NCBI GenBank assembly: GCA_016186715.1
Contig: JACPLA010000102.1
Span: forward strand, 15,631 to 79,630
Origin: Ignavibacteriales bacterium
GTDB lineage: Bacteria > Bacteroidota > Ignavibacteria > UBA10030
DNA length: 64,000 nt
Reading direction: 5' to 3'
Shown: one piece after another, positions 1 through 8,912 of the stretch
How the letters are laid out: every line of letters begins with the position of its first letter
Numbering within the stretch: the first letter of the stretch is position 1
Notes under the pieces: generated by a model
Seen by the model: the letters and a program-made list of their open reading frames with translations, nothing else
Told to the model about the DNA's origin: nothing
Databases searched by the model: none
Position numbers and translations under genes: made by a program

Positions 1-251
1 AGCTCGAAATGAATATCCGGAAACGCCGCCATCATCTCTGTGTAAAATTGACGGGCTCCTTCGTGTCCCCTCCACACGTCCCCTGTTTGAACAAGCTCAT
101 AAACACAATCCTCCGTCAGGGTGGAGATCAACCCGGGAACATCGCGCCGGTCCTCGGCAATGGAGTGAATTTGCCACAAACGCCGGATTTCGTGATAAAG
201 TTCAGGCGTGATCTTGCGCGAATGAAGCTCTGCGACGCGTTCTTTCGTCAT
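1..251 (-). CDS. SnoaL-like / ester-cyclase (NTF2-fold) family protein, partial (N-terminus inside window, C-terminus beyond coordinate 1)
   Basis: My own reverse-strand translation from the ATG near 251: MTKERVAELHSRKITPELYHEIRRLWQIHSIAEDRRDVPGLISTLTEDCVYELVQTGDVWRGHEGARQFYTEMMAAFPDIHFEL..., which is typical of ester-cyclase/SnoaL-like proteins. It is not in the ORF track because it runs off the window edge. Confidence 0.45.
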   Translation of the reverse strand, partial: MTKERVAELHSRKITPELYHEIRRLWQIHSIAEDRRDVPGLISTLTEDCVYELVQTGDVWRGHEGARQFYTEMMAAFPDIHFE

Positions 252-489
252 CGATCTCTGAAATGACACATTATGCGCATGATAGATTGTTCCGCCTCTG
301 GAATCCCACCTGTAGGCGGAACCCTGAAGAGCGGGGCTTCGCTGAAAAACGTTCGCAATAACACGAGAACTTGATTCCAAACCTTGAACCTGAAACCGGC
401 ACCCTCCGTCGCTCCGATGCCCCATTGCACATTCTCCCCACATCACCTCTCACCTTTCACATTTCACTACTCTTCACCCTTCACCTCTT

Positions 490-2661
490 TCATTCCACTC
501 CCATTTCCGTCAACAGAGAGCTTGCGCCGGCGACTTTCTCCGTCACCCACAGCACATAGCGAATATCCACGGCGATGGATCTGCTGTAGGAGTCACTCCA
601 CGCGTAGTCGTTAATGGTGGCTTCAAAGGCCCGGTCGAAATTCACCCCAACAAGCTCGCCTGAAGCATTCAGAAGCGGGCTTCCGGAATTTCCGCCGGTT
701 GTGTCGAGATTGTACAAAACTGCAACGGGCACATCGTTCAGTCTCTTGCTCACAAATCGTCCATACTCTTTCGCTTTCGCCAGGTCGATTACTTTCTGTG
801 GAGTGTTGAACGGCTCAACTCCCGTTGTCTTCTCAAGAACTCCGGTGAGGGTCGTCAGCGGCGTGTGGAAGGTTGCATCACCGGGACTGTACCCCTTTAC
901 AGTGCCGTATGTCAGGCGCAGTGTCCGGTTTGCATCGGGCACGAAGCTCGCTTTCAGGAACTGTTCCTTGATATCGACGTAAAGAGCCGACGCTTTCGAC
1001 AGGGCGCCTTCCCGGCGTTGCCTCGTCTCCCGAAGCTCCTGATAGGATGGATAGAGCGATCGGGCGAGAATGACAAACGGATCGTCCATCGCTTCGATTC
1101 CCTTCGGTTCTTTCCCGACGACCTCCAGAAAGAACTGCTCATCATCGAGCTTCGACTTTGCGTAAGCTTTATCAAGAAAAGTTGAAAGGGCCTGATCAAG
1201 ATCGGTCTTGTCGAAGAGCGCGTCAAGAGCGGGGATTCTCTGTTTGCCGGTGAGTTTTGATCCCCACGCAAGCATCTCCTTCAGAAACGCCCGATCAGTC
1301 GGCTCATGGTAGTCCTGCAAGGCACGCACGGCCGATTTCTTCGAGTTTTCAAAGTTTTTCTCTGTGTAAGGGTTTGCACGATCCGCATCCGGTTTCTGAC
1401 GTTCGAGCGCTGCCTCATGGACAAAATAGGCTCTCCCGAACATCTGAGAGCTGGCAAGAAGATAGTCCAGCACCATTTCTCTCGGCGCCTCGTGCGTCAT
1501 TTCCGCATACACGGCGCTAATGTCATTCAAAATACTCGCGTACGCAGACCGACGTTGTGGATCGGATTGAATGAATGCCATCAGATCCTTTTCTTCCGCC
1601 TGCTTCCGCGCAACCAGACCGAGCCGACGAAGGCCTTTTAACTTCCCCCGGTAGTTCTTCATAACATTTGCCAGGCTCTTGATGCGTGAATCATGTTTGA
1701 TGGCCACTGCGCGGTCGTTTTTGCCCAACTCTTCCATGTATCTGACCTGCCATTCGAAGAGGTCGGCGACAAAGGGCATTCGGATGTTCTCTTCGTACGC
1801 CAGATAGTGGGATGTCCGGTGACGAAACGTCCGGCCGGGATATCCAAGGATGAAAACAAAATCCCCTTCCTCAACACCCTTTGGCTGCACTTTGAGGTAT
1901 TTCTTGGGCTGATAAGGAATATTGTCGGTAGAATATTCGGCCGGTGACCCGTCAGGGTCGACATAGAGGCGCATGAAGGAAAAATCGCCGGTATGACGGG
2001 GCCAGACCCAATTATCGTGTTCTCCACCAAATTCACCGATGGAGCGCGGCGGCACATACACCAGGCGCACATCGCGGAAAAACCCGTACAGAAAGAGAAC
2101 ATAGTTCCTCCCGGCGAACATTTCCGAGACCTCGGCCCGTTTTCCAGGATTCTGTTTTTCTGCATCACCCTCCAGGTCGCGCATCTTTTTTTCGATCGCC
2201 TTGGTCCGCTCGGCAAGCTCCATCGTCTCACGGACTGCACTCAGGATTTCTCCTGAAACATCCCGGTACGATTCGGTAATACGGACCGTATATCCCCGCG
2301 CGGGAATCTCTTCCTGTCGGTTTCTTGCCAGAAATCCGTCCGTAATATAGTCGTTTTCTTTTGTGCTCGCCGACTGAACGCCTCCAAACGCGCAATGATG
2401 ATTTGTGAGAATCAGCCCGTCGGGTGAAACGAAGGAACCGGTGCATCCGCCTACCATGACAATGGCATCAATCAGGCTTACCCCGTTGGGATCATAAATT
2501 TCCCCGGGCTCGATCTTGAGGCCCTTTGCCTTCAGATTGATCTTGTGGATCTCGCTGATGGGATACATCCCTTCGTCGGCCGTAACATCGTTGCGAACAA
2601 CCAGGACGGCCAGAACCATGGCCAAGATGACGAAGAGAATTCGAAAAAGCGCCGTTTTCAT
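490..2661 (-). CDS. Peptidase S46 family serine dipeptidyl-peptidase (DPP7/DPP11-like), secreted
   Basis: The motif VMVGGCTGSFVSPDGLILTNHHCAFG and the length (~720 aa) are characteristic of S46. The start is moved to the internal ATG (MKTALFRILFVILAMVLAVLVV, a signal peptide) at 2661; upstream ORF residues are not signal-like. Confidence 0.85.
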   Translation of the reverse strand: MKTALFRILFVILAMVLAVLVVRNDVTADEGMYPISEIHKINLKAKGLKIEPGEIYDPNGVSLIDAIVMVGGCTGSFVSPDGLILTNHHCAFGGVQSASTKENDYITDGFLARNRQEEIPARGYTVRITESYRDVSGEILSAVRETMELAERTKAIEKKMRDLEGDAEKQNPGKRAEVSEMFAGRNYVLFLYGFFRDVRLVYVPPRSIGEFGGEHDNWVWPRHTGDFSFMRLYVDPDGSPAEYSTDNIPYQPKKYLKVQPKGVEEGDFVFILGYPGRTFRHRTSHYLAYEENIRMPFVADLFEWQVRYMEELGKNDRAVAIKHDSRIKSLANVMKNYRGKLKGLRRLGLVARKQAEEKDLMAFIQSDPQRRSAYASILNDISAVYAEMTHEAPREMVLDYLLASSQMFGRAYFVHEAALERQKPDADRANPYTEKNFENSKKSAVRALQDYHEPTDRAFLKEMLAWGSKLTGKQRIPALDALFDKTDLDQALSTFLDKAYAKSKLDDEQFFLEVVGKEPKGIEAMDDPFVILARSLYPSYQELRETRQRREGALSKASALYVDIKEQFLKASFVPDANRTLRLTYGTVKGYSPGDATFHTPLTTLTGVLEKTTGVEPFNTPQKVIDLAKAKEYGRFVSKRLNDVPVAVLYNLDTTGGNSGSPLLNASGELVGVNFDRAFEATINDYAWSDSYSRSIAVDIRYVLWVTEKVAGASSLLTEMGVE

Positions 2662-2788
2662 GGAACACCGTTGTTGTTGAGGGAATGGAAAGGCAGTGTA
2701 GAAAATTTTTCGAAGAAATACCAACCTGGGGAGAGAACTCATCCCTCCTCCGGGGGAGAAGGAGGGATGGATTCCTGGGAGGGAAAAC

Positions 2789-4177
2789 TTATTCCGGCGC
2801 GATGCGGGCGTATTCCTCGATCTGCTTCTCAATCATTTTCTTGTCGCCCGTGATTACGAGAATCATCTTCTCATCGCGGATTTGCCGCCTGGTGATCTCC
2901 GATACCTGTTGGGGAGTGACAGAGTGAACGTTCTGCACATAATTGGAGAGATAGTCGTCCCCTAGACCATGAAGCCGCAGGAACGAGAGTTGACCAATGA
3001 TCCCTCCCCGGCTCGAATTCTGAAGCACAAAGGTCCCGGAAAGGTAATTCTGGATTCCCTTCAGTTCTTCTGTAGACGGGGGCTCTGCCTGAAGCCTGTC
3101 AATCTCCTTAAAAATTTCTTCAAGAGCGGGGCCCGTTGACTCCGTGGTCACATCGGCAACTTGCACCCAATAGGCATCTCTATAACGAACAGAAACAGTG
3201 CTCGAAGGCGAGTAGGTGTAACCCTTCTGCTCGCGGATATTACTCGTGATCCTGGATCCAAACGATCCGCCAAGCAAGGCGTTCGTCACAAGCAGCGGAA
3301 CATAGTTCTTTTCTGCCGGATTGATAACAGGAAGACCGAGATAGATGGTTGATTGGGGGGCTCCGGGCCGGTCGATGAGATGAAATGCCCGACGGGCGCT
3401 CGTCTTCGGAATATTGACCAAGGGGTGAGGTCCTTTCTGCCAGGTCTCAAACGCATCACGAACCGCTTTTTCCATTGCCCGGTCGTCAAACCTCCCGACG
3501 ACATAGATGCTTGTCCGTCCGGCTCCGAAATTCTTTTCAAAGAAATCCCGCACCTTCTCAATCGTATAACTCTGGAGCATACTCTCTGTGGGAAAAATCC
3601 TCCCGTAGGGATGTTCGCCATAGAGAATCTTATGGAATTGCTCCATGGTGAGTTGCCGGGGCTGTGATTTTGCAACCGTCAGCTGACGAATTTGGTCGTT
3701 TTTGAGGCGCGGCAGTTCCGACTCCGGGAACAGAGGGTTTCGAACGATGTCAGCCAGGAGCGAAACGAGCTTGGGACCGAATTCTGAAAGCACATCTCCC
3801 CGGATCGATGTCTGATCCGGGCCGACCCCGATATTGACCGATCCGCCCATCCCCGCCGCCTCTTCGGCGATTTGCTGTGCGCTGCGGGATGCCGTCCCTT
3901 CCTTCATCAGATCTCCGACGAGATCGGCAAGCCACACTTCGTTCGCTTCCTCGTTGACGTTCCCCGCTCTGATCACGATGGAAACCGTCACCTTGGGGAG
4001 GGCACCGTACGGCACCAGTGTCAAGGACAATCCGTTCTTCAAGGTCACAGCCTGCTTCGACGGGAGGGTAAAGTCTTTTGGAGTTTCTCCTTCGGGCGGT
4101 TTTTGTTTTTGCCCAAGCTGAATCTGAACAGCCGCAACGAGTAGCGTGAAGATCAAAATCCATCGAGTCGTGTTCAT
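2789..4177 (-). CDS. Peptidase M16 family protein, non-catalytic subunit-like (no HxxEH motif), secreted
   Basis: It has the M16 fold and length (462 aa) and an N-terminal signal peptide (MNTTRWILIFTLLVAAVQ) but no HxxEH zinc motif. It sits 7 bp downstream of the catalytic M16 gene. Confidence 0.75.
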   Translation of the reverse strand: MNTTRWILIFTLLVAAVQIQLGQKQKPPEGETPKDFTLPSKQAVTLKNGLSLTLVPYGALPKVTVSIVIRAGNVNEEANEVWLADLVGDLMKEGTASRSAQQIAEEAAGMGGSVNIGVGPDQTSIRGDVLSEFGPKLVSLLADIVRNPLFPESELPRLKNDQIRQLTVAKSQPRQLTMEQFHKILYGEHPYGRIFPTESMLQSYTIEKVRDFFEKNFGAGRTSIYVVGRFDDRAMEKAVRDAFETWQKGPHPLVNIPKTSARRAFHLIDRPGAPQSTIYLGLPVINPAEKNYVPLLVTNALLGGSFGSRITSNIREQKGYTYSPSSTVSVRYRDAYWVQVADVTTESTGPALEEIFKEIDRLQAEPPSTEELKGIQNYLSGTFVLQNSSRGGIIGQLSFLRLHGLGDDYLSNYVQNVHSVTPQQVSEITRRQIRDEKMILVITGDKKMIEKQIEEYARIAPE

Positions 4178-4186
4178 GGCTGGCTC

Positions 4187-5542
4187 CTATGATCCGGATT
4201 TCGGTTCAAGAACGAGGACGGTTCGGTTGGTAGGCCTCAAATACTCCTGCGCAGTTTGCAACAGGAGGTCCGCGGTAACGTTTCGAAACTCACGCTCCAT
4301 CGAATTGATGCGGGAGGGATTGTCGTCAAACAATGCAAAACACGCAAGAAGATCGGCGCGTCCAAACCCAAAGAATCCTCCGACGTTGTCATACAGACCC
4401 GAGCGAAGTTTTACCAGAGCCCTGTCCAGGGTTGCCTGATCGATCGGTGTGGTCCGTGCTTCTTCGATGACCTCGTCAACGGCAGCCATGATCGCGTCAG
4501 GCGGCGCAGTTGGATCATGAATCAATGACCCCATCCAGAGCATGGGGCCATTGTAATTGAACATGTTCCCAAGCACGTTGATTCCGCCGCTGACCGATCC
4601 GGCAAATCCCTTTTTCTTGACAAGCATCTGCGTCAGCCGGCTGTCGTCCCCTTGCAGGAGAATCTCATTCAGTATACCCATGGCGTAGTATTCCGCTGTA
4701 TTCCGTGGAGGCATGTGGTATGCAAACGCAAGGGCAGGACGGAAGGCAAGGGTATCTCTCTTAGTGAACTTTTTTTCTTGTCCCTGACGCGGCTCGCCGA
4801 TATCCGGCTGAGCCGGTTGAGGCTGTGCAGGAATGTCGCTGAAATATTTCTTTATCATTCCGAGGGCATCCTTGGAATTGAAATCACCGACAACCACCAC
4901 CACGGCATTGTTGGGTGCATAGTACGTGTCAAAGAACGATTGTACATCTTCAAGCGTCGCGGCATCCAGGTCACCTAACTCACCGTAGAAGTTATGCGCA
5001 TTGTACCAATTCTCATTTGCATACTGCGGCATGTCCAGCCACGGAAAGCCTCCGTACGGACGGTTCAGCACATTGACCTTCACCTCGTTCTTCACCACTC
5101 CCTGTTGGTTCGTCAGATTCTCCTGGGTAATAACCAGCCCGCGCATCCGGTCTGCCTCGGCCCACAACGCCGTTTCAAGCTTATGGGAGGGAAGGATCTC
5201 AAAGTAGTTCGTGAAATCAAACCGGGTTGAGCCGTTAAGAACCCCGCCGTTGCTCTGAACCAGCCGGATAAACTCCATCTTCCCGAGGTTCTGCGATCCC
5301 TGGAACATCATATGCTCGAAGAGATGGGCAAACCCCGTTCGATCCCTGGGCTCGATCCGGAAGCCGATGTTATAATAGACCGCAACGACGACGGTCGGTG
5401 ATGTGTTGTCTGGTGAAAACACCACTTTCAGACCGTTTTCAAGTTTGTGATATTCCACAGGCACCTGAAATCCAAGGTCTTGGCCCAAGATAATAGCCGG
5501 TATGAACAGAATCGGAAAAACAAGACGGGCGATCAATCGCAT
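4187..5542 (-). CDS. Peptidase M16 (pitrilysin/insulinase-like) zinc metalloprotease, catalytic subunit, secreted
   Basis: The inverted zinc motif HLFEHMMFQGS (HxxEH) lies near the N-terminus. A signal peptide (MRLIARLVFPILFIPAIILG) is present, and a strong RBS AAGGAGGAAG precedes the ATG at 5542. Confidence 0.85.
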   Translation of the reverse strand: MRLIARLVFPILFIPAIILGQDLGFQVPVEYHKLENGLKVVFSPDNTSPTVVVAVYYNIGFRIEPRDRTGFAHLFEHMMFQGSQNLGKMEFIRLVQSNGGVLNGSTRFDFTNYFEILPSHKLETALWAEADRMRGLVITQENLTNQQGVVKNEVKVNVLNRPYGGFPWLDMPQYANENWYNAHNFYGELGDLDAATLEDVQSFFDTYYAPNNAVVVVVGDFNSKDALGMIKKYFSDIPAQPQPAQPDIGEPRQGQEKKFTKRDTLAFRPALAFAYHMPPRNTAEYYAMGILNEILLQGDDSRLTQMLVKKKGFAGSVSGGINVLGNMFNYNGPMLWMGSLIHDPTAPPDAIMAAVDEVIEEARTTPIDQATLDRALVKLRSGLYDNVGGFFGFGRADLLACFALFDDNPSRINSMEREFRNVTADLLLQTAQEYLRPTNRTVLVLEPKSGS

Positions 5543-5683
5543 ACTTCCTCCTTGGTTAAAAGACGATTAAAAAAAATCGAAACGCCAATCGGTCGAGCAA
5601 ATCAAGCATGGATCCTCATAGCGAAGAGGGATTTTTTCTTCTGAATCTACGCTGTTGCCCTATCTGGGGTTACGTCGTTCTTA

Positions 5684-6436
5684 TTAGAGTGCGCCGAACA
5701 GTTTCAGTGCCATAACCAGGATGGCAACAACCAGGACAATTCTGATCGTTTTTTCCCCTCCCTTCACAGATGCGTGTGCCGCCCACCAACCGCCGACAGC
5801 GCTTCCCGCGCCCAAGGCCAGACCAAGGATCCAATCGACATTTCCTGTCAGCGCGTAGACGGCAAGCGCGGGAATCATGTAGAGCATGACTATCGTAACC
5901 TTGTGCATGTTGACATACACAAGGTCCATTTTCATCACGTGGTAGAGCGCTGCCATGAACAAGAACCCGACACTGACCTGGATAAAGCCGCCGTACAGAC
6001 CAATCCCCGTCATGATCGGGTAGATCCATCGTTCCCTCCGATGCTTTGATTCGTCGCTCGCCGGAGCCGCTCCCTTCTCCGGAATCAGAATTGTCACAAC
6101 CGTCAGGATCATGACTGCGCCCAGGATTCTCTGAAACCATACATCGCTGATCGTGACTCCAAGCACCGCTCCCGCGACGGCGCCCGGCATCGCCCAGAGC
6201 GTGAACCTGAGACTCTGTCGTATGGCATGGACCTCTTGTCTCCGAAACGACGCGACCGCGGAAACGTTCTGAATCAGAATCGCAACGCGGTTGGTCCCAT
6301 TAGCAACAGCGCTGTCAAGTCCGAGAAAAATCAGGACCGGCAACGCAATAGCCGATCCTCCCCCGGCCATGACGTTCAGAAAGGCTGAAAGAACACCAAC
6401 GGCAAAAAGGATAATAACGTGACTAATTTCATGCAT
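5684..6436 (-). CDS. TauE/SafE (TSUP) family anion exporter
   Basis: A polytopic membrane protein with Gly-rich helices (NVMAGGGSAIALPVLIFLGL; AGGSAVGGWWAAH). The start is moved to the in-frame ATG (MHEISHV); the ORF-track start is a TTG. Confidence 0.75.
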   Translation of the reverse strand: MHEISHVIILFAVGVLSAFLNVMAGGGSAIALPVLIFLGLDSAVANGTNRVAILIQNVSAVASFRRQEVHAIRQSLRFTLWAMPGAVAGAVLGVTISDVWFQRILGAVMILTVVTILIPEKGAAPASDESKHRRERWIYPIMTGIGLYGGFIQVSVGFLFMAALYHVMKMDLVYVNMHKVTIVMLYMIPALAVYALTGNVDWILGLALGAGSAVGGWWAAHASVKGGEKTIRIVLVVAILVMALKLFGAL

Positions 6437-6603
6437 GTCATGAAAAAAAATTCCAGACAACAAGCATCAAATTACAAACAAATTCAAAATTCAAAGGCTC
6501 CTCATTCATTGTAATTTCTCATTTGGTTCTTGTTTGTCATTTGGTCCTTGTTTTTCACAATAGCCGTTTCGAGGATCAAAGAGGGGTAAAGAACAGGCGA
6601 GCA

Positions 6604-7284
6604 TTAAAATTTCCACCGAACGCCAACGTATGGCGTGATATTCTGCGTCCCGTGTTCAATATCGGAAGCAAAGGGATTTCCTTCCCGTTTGTCATAGTAC
6701 CGCAAGCGGTACTCCACGCGAATGACAAGATCGAGTTCTCTCAGAATCTTTATCGCTCCCCCGATGCCGGCATACCATGCGACGCTGGGTAAGAGGGTAA
6801 GTGTTCCCGTACTGTCGCCTGAAGATGAAACAAGGTCGGTGCGCGCATCGTCATTACGAAAACCGACAAGGCCGTAGCCAAATTCTCCAAAGATCCTTTG
6901 TGCCTCGACCCTCAGCATCGGCCCGGCCCAGAATTCGTCATAATTTCCTCCGATCTTGTCTTTTGTGACCGTCCTCCCAGTTTCCGAATCGAATCCGTCG
7001 AACCGGGCCGCATGTCTGTTTCCACGATCGAATTGAAGAAACACTCCAACGCTGACGTGCTGCCAGACTTTGTACGTCCCCATCGCCATAAAACCAAACT
7101 GTGTTTCGTTCACCAGTCTTTCGCCCCGTGGATCACCCACCTCGGCTTTCACTTGCTGCTGAAAGTGAGAGAACGTGATTCCTCCATCAATGCTCCACGG
7201 AAGGATCTCTTGAGCCCACGTTGTGCCCGGAACACCCGCAACAAGAGCAAAAAGTATGGCAATCCAACGGTTCAGACGTTTCAT
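6604..7284 (-). CDS. Outer-membrane beta-barrel protein (porin/OmpW-like), hypothetical
   Basis: It has a signal peptide (MKRLNRWIAILFALVAGVPGTTWAQE), alternating amphipathic beta-strands and a C-terminal aromatic residue (…GVRWKF). The start is at the internal ATG; the upstream part of the ORF is Lys/Glu-rich and not protein-like. Confidence 0.6.
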   Translation of the reverse strand: MKRLNRWIAILFALVAGVPGTTWAQEILPWSIDGGITFSHFQQQVKAEVGDPRGERLVNETQFGFMAMGTYKVWQHVSVGVFLQFDRGNRHAARFDGFDSETGRTVTKDKIGGNYDEFWAGPMLRVEAQRIFGEFGYGLVGFRNDDARTDLVSSSGDSTGTLTLLPSVAWYAGIGGAIKILRELDLVIRVEYRLRYYDKREGNPFASDIEHGTQNITPYVGVRWKF

Positions 7285-7344
7285 CGTTCGCTCCTTCTGG
7301 AGAATGAAACATTCGTCCATTCTGCATCGTAGTGGCTGGTACCT

Positions 7345-7545
7345 ATGATAAAGTTTCTTCTCTGGTTGATTCTTCTTGTTCTTTGCTGGCCGGTTGCCTT
7401 CCTGGCTCTGGTGCTCTACCCGCTCGTCTGGCTTTTCTTGCTTCCTTTTCGTCTCCTTGGCCTTGCTGTGGAGGCTGTCTTTGACTTCCTCCGGGCCCTC
7501 TTCATCTTCCTGCAAGAGTGTTGCGCAAACTCTGACCGCTCTCAC
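7345..7545 (+). CDS. Candidate small hydrophobic membrane peptide (only the first ~65 codons are credible; the rest of the ORF is antisense to ldh)
   Basis: [57 protein letters not shown] is strongly helical-hydrophobic with host-like codon usage. There is no in-frame stop before 7737. Confidence 0.2.
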
Positions 7546-8480
7546 TTCAAACTTTCAATCGCTTCTTTCAATACCCCGGCGCTGGTTTTCAGTTTCTTCG
7601 ATTCGTCTTCCGACAGGGAAAGAGGAAATGAAGCAAGAACCCCGTCGCCGCCGACAAGGTGGGGAAGTGAAAGCGTTACATCGCGAATCTGCTGCACCTC
7701 GCTGTGGGGGGTGCACACGGTAAGGATCGAGCGCTGATCCCGGAGAATCACGTCAATGATCCTCGCCAGCGCACTGCCGATGCCGTAGTAGGTAGCGCCT
7801 TTTCCTTTTATAATAACATACGCCGCCTTTCGTACTCTTTCATCGACCTCCCGTCTCACCGAGTTGTCCAGAGTCACCCGACGTTGCGCGCAGAACTCAT
7901 CCAGAGGCATCCCTCCGACAGTGACAAGAGACCAGGTGAGAACCTCGGAATCTCCGTGTTCTCCGACAACATAGGCGTGAACGTGCCGCGCGTCGACTCC
8001 AACGTAGCGGCCAAGAAGCGCGCGGAATCGCGCCGTGTCAAGGGTTGTTCCGGAGCCGATTACTCGCGACGCCGGAACTCCCAACCGGATGGCTATGCGG
8101 GAAGTCAGATGAGTCATCACATCGACCGGATTCGTCGCCACGACAAAGACCGCCCCCGGCGAGACCCGGACAACCCGCGGAACGATTTCCGCAAAGATGT
8201 CGGCGTTTCGCTGAAGGAGCTGAAGTCGAGTTTCTCCCGGCTTTTGATTCACCCCGGCTGCCAGGATGACCACGCGGGAATTTTGCAGGTCGTTATAGTC
8301 GCCGTTCCGTACTTCGACGGGGTGAGCGAACGGTACTGCATGCAGGAGGTCGTCCGCTTCGGCAAGAGATCGCTCCTGGTTCACATCAACAAGAACGATT
8401 TCACGGCCCACTCCTCTCATGACACATGCGTACGCCGCCGTCGACCCGACAAGCCCGCTTCCAACAATTCCGATTTTCAT
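7542..8480 (-). CDS. ldh: L-lactate dehydrogenase (LDH/MDH superfamily)
   Basis: It has the Rossmann N-terminus [18 protein letters not shown]. The substrate loop [10 protein letters not shown] has Gln rather than Arg, and the catalytic His segment is GEHGDSEV; both favour LDH over MDH. Confidence 0.8.
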   Translation of the reverse strand: MKIGIVGSGLVGSTAAYACVMRGVGREIVLVDVNQERSLAEADDLLHAVPFAHPVEVRNGDYNDLQNSRVVILAAGVNQKPGETRLQLLQRNADIFAEIVPRVVRVSPGAVFVVATNPVDVMTHLTSRIAIRLGVPASRVIGSGTTLDTARFRALLGRYVGVDARHVHAYVVGEHGDSEVLTWSLVTVGGMPLDEFCAQRRVTLDNSVRREVDERVRKAAYVIIKGKGATYYGIGSALARIIDVILRDQRSILTVCTPHSEVQQIRDVTLSLPHLVGGDGVLASFPLSLSEDESKKLKTSAGVLKEAIESLK

Positions 8481-8489
8481 ACCAGACTC

Positions 8490-8912
8490 CTAACCTCTTG
8501 GTGTTTCCTTTTTTTGATCCTCCGGCTTGCGGTACCCACCAATGAGGTGTAACATGGTTCCGACGAAAGCCGTGACGGCTCCAGCCAATGTCAACGGTCT
8601 GTACGGAAGTGCAAGCGGCGGTTCGAAAACGAATGCTGCAACGAAGAAGGGAACAGCGAGGAGCAACATCCATGAACCAGCGATTTGGAGCCTTCTTCGC
8701 TTTTGAAGACCGCTGAAAGATCCATACAGGCCGAGCAAGATATTCAGAAGCCCCGAGAAGAGAATATAAACATGATTCGCCCGGAACAAATAGCGAATGG
8801 CCTCATTCTCATCGTACAATTGAGGGAAGTTCATTCGCATATACAAGCCCGTTCCGAGAAAGACAATGACGGTACTCATGCCGGTTGTGAGATGGATTCG
8901 GTTCAGCTTCAT
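8490..8912 (-). CDS. Hypothetical integral membrane protein (about 4 TM)
   Basis: Hydrophobic helices run throughout. It sits tightly between ldh and rsgA, with a 4-nt overlap with the rsgA stop. Confidence 0.5.
   Translation of the reverse strand: MKLNRIHLTTGMSTVIVFLGTGLYMRMNFPQLYDENEAIRYLFRANHVYILFSGLLNILLGLYGSFSGLQKRRRLQIAGSWMLLLAVPFFVAAFVFEPPLALPYRPLTLAGAVTAFVGTMLHLIGGYRKPEDQKKETPRG

Noticed and set aside
9-266. 85-aa + strand ORF at the window start
   Set aside because: The opposite strand encodes a clearly protein-like SnoaL/ester-cyclase N-terminus running off the window edge, and the + ORF is its antisense.
5543-5683. CGATT-A8-AATCG stem-loop between the TauE stop and the M16 start
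   Set aside because: It is a weak AT-rich hairpin overlapping the M16 RBS region, and I cannot distinguish a terminator from chance.
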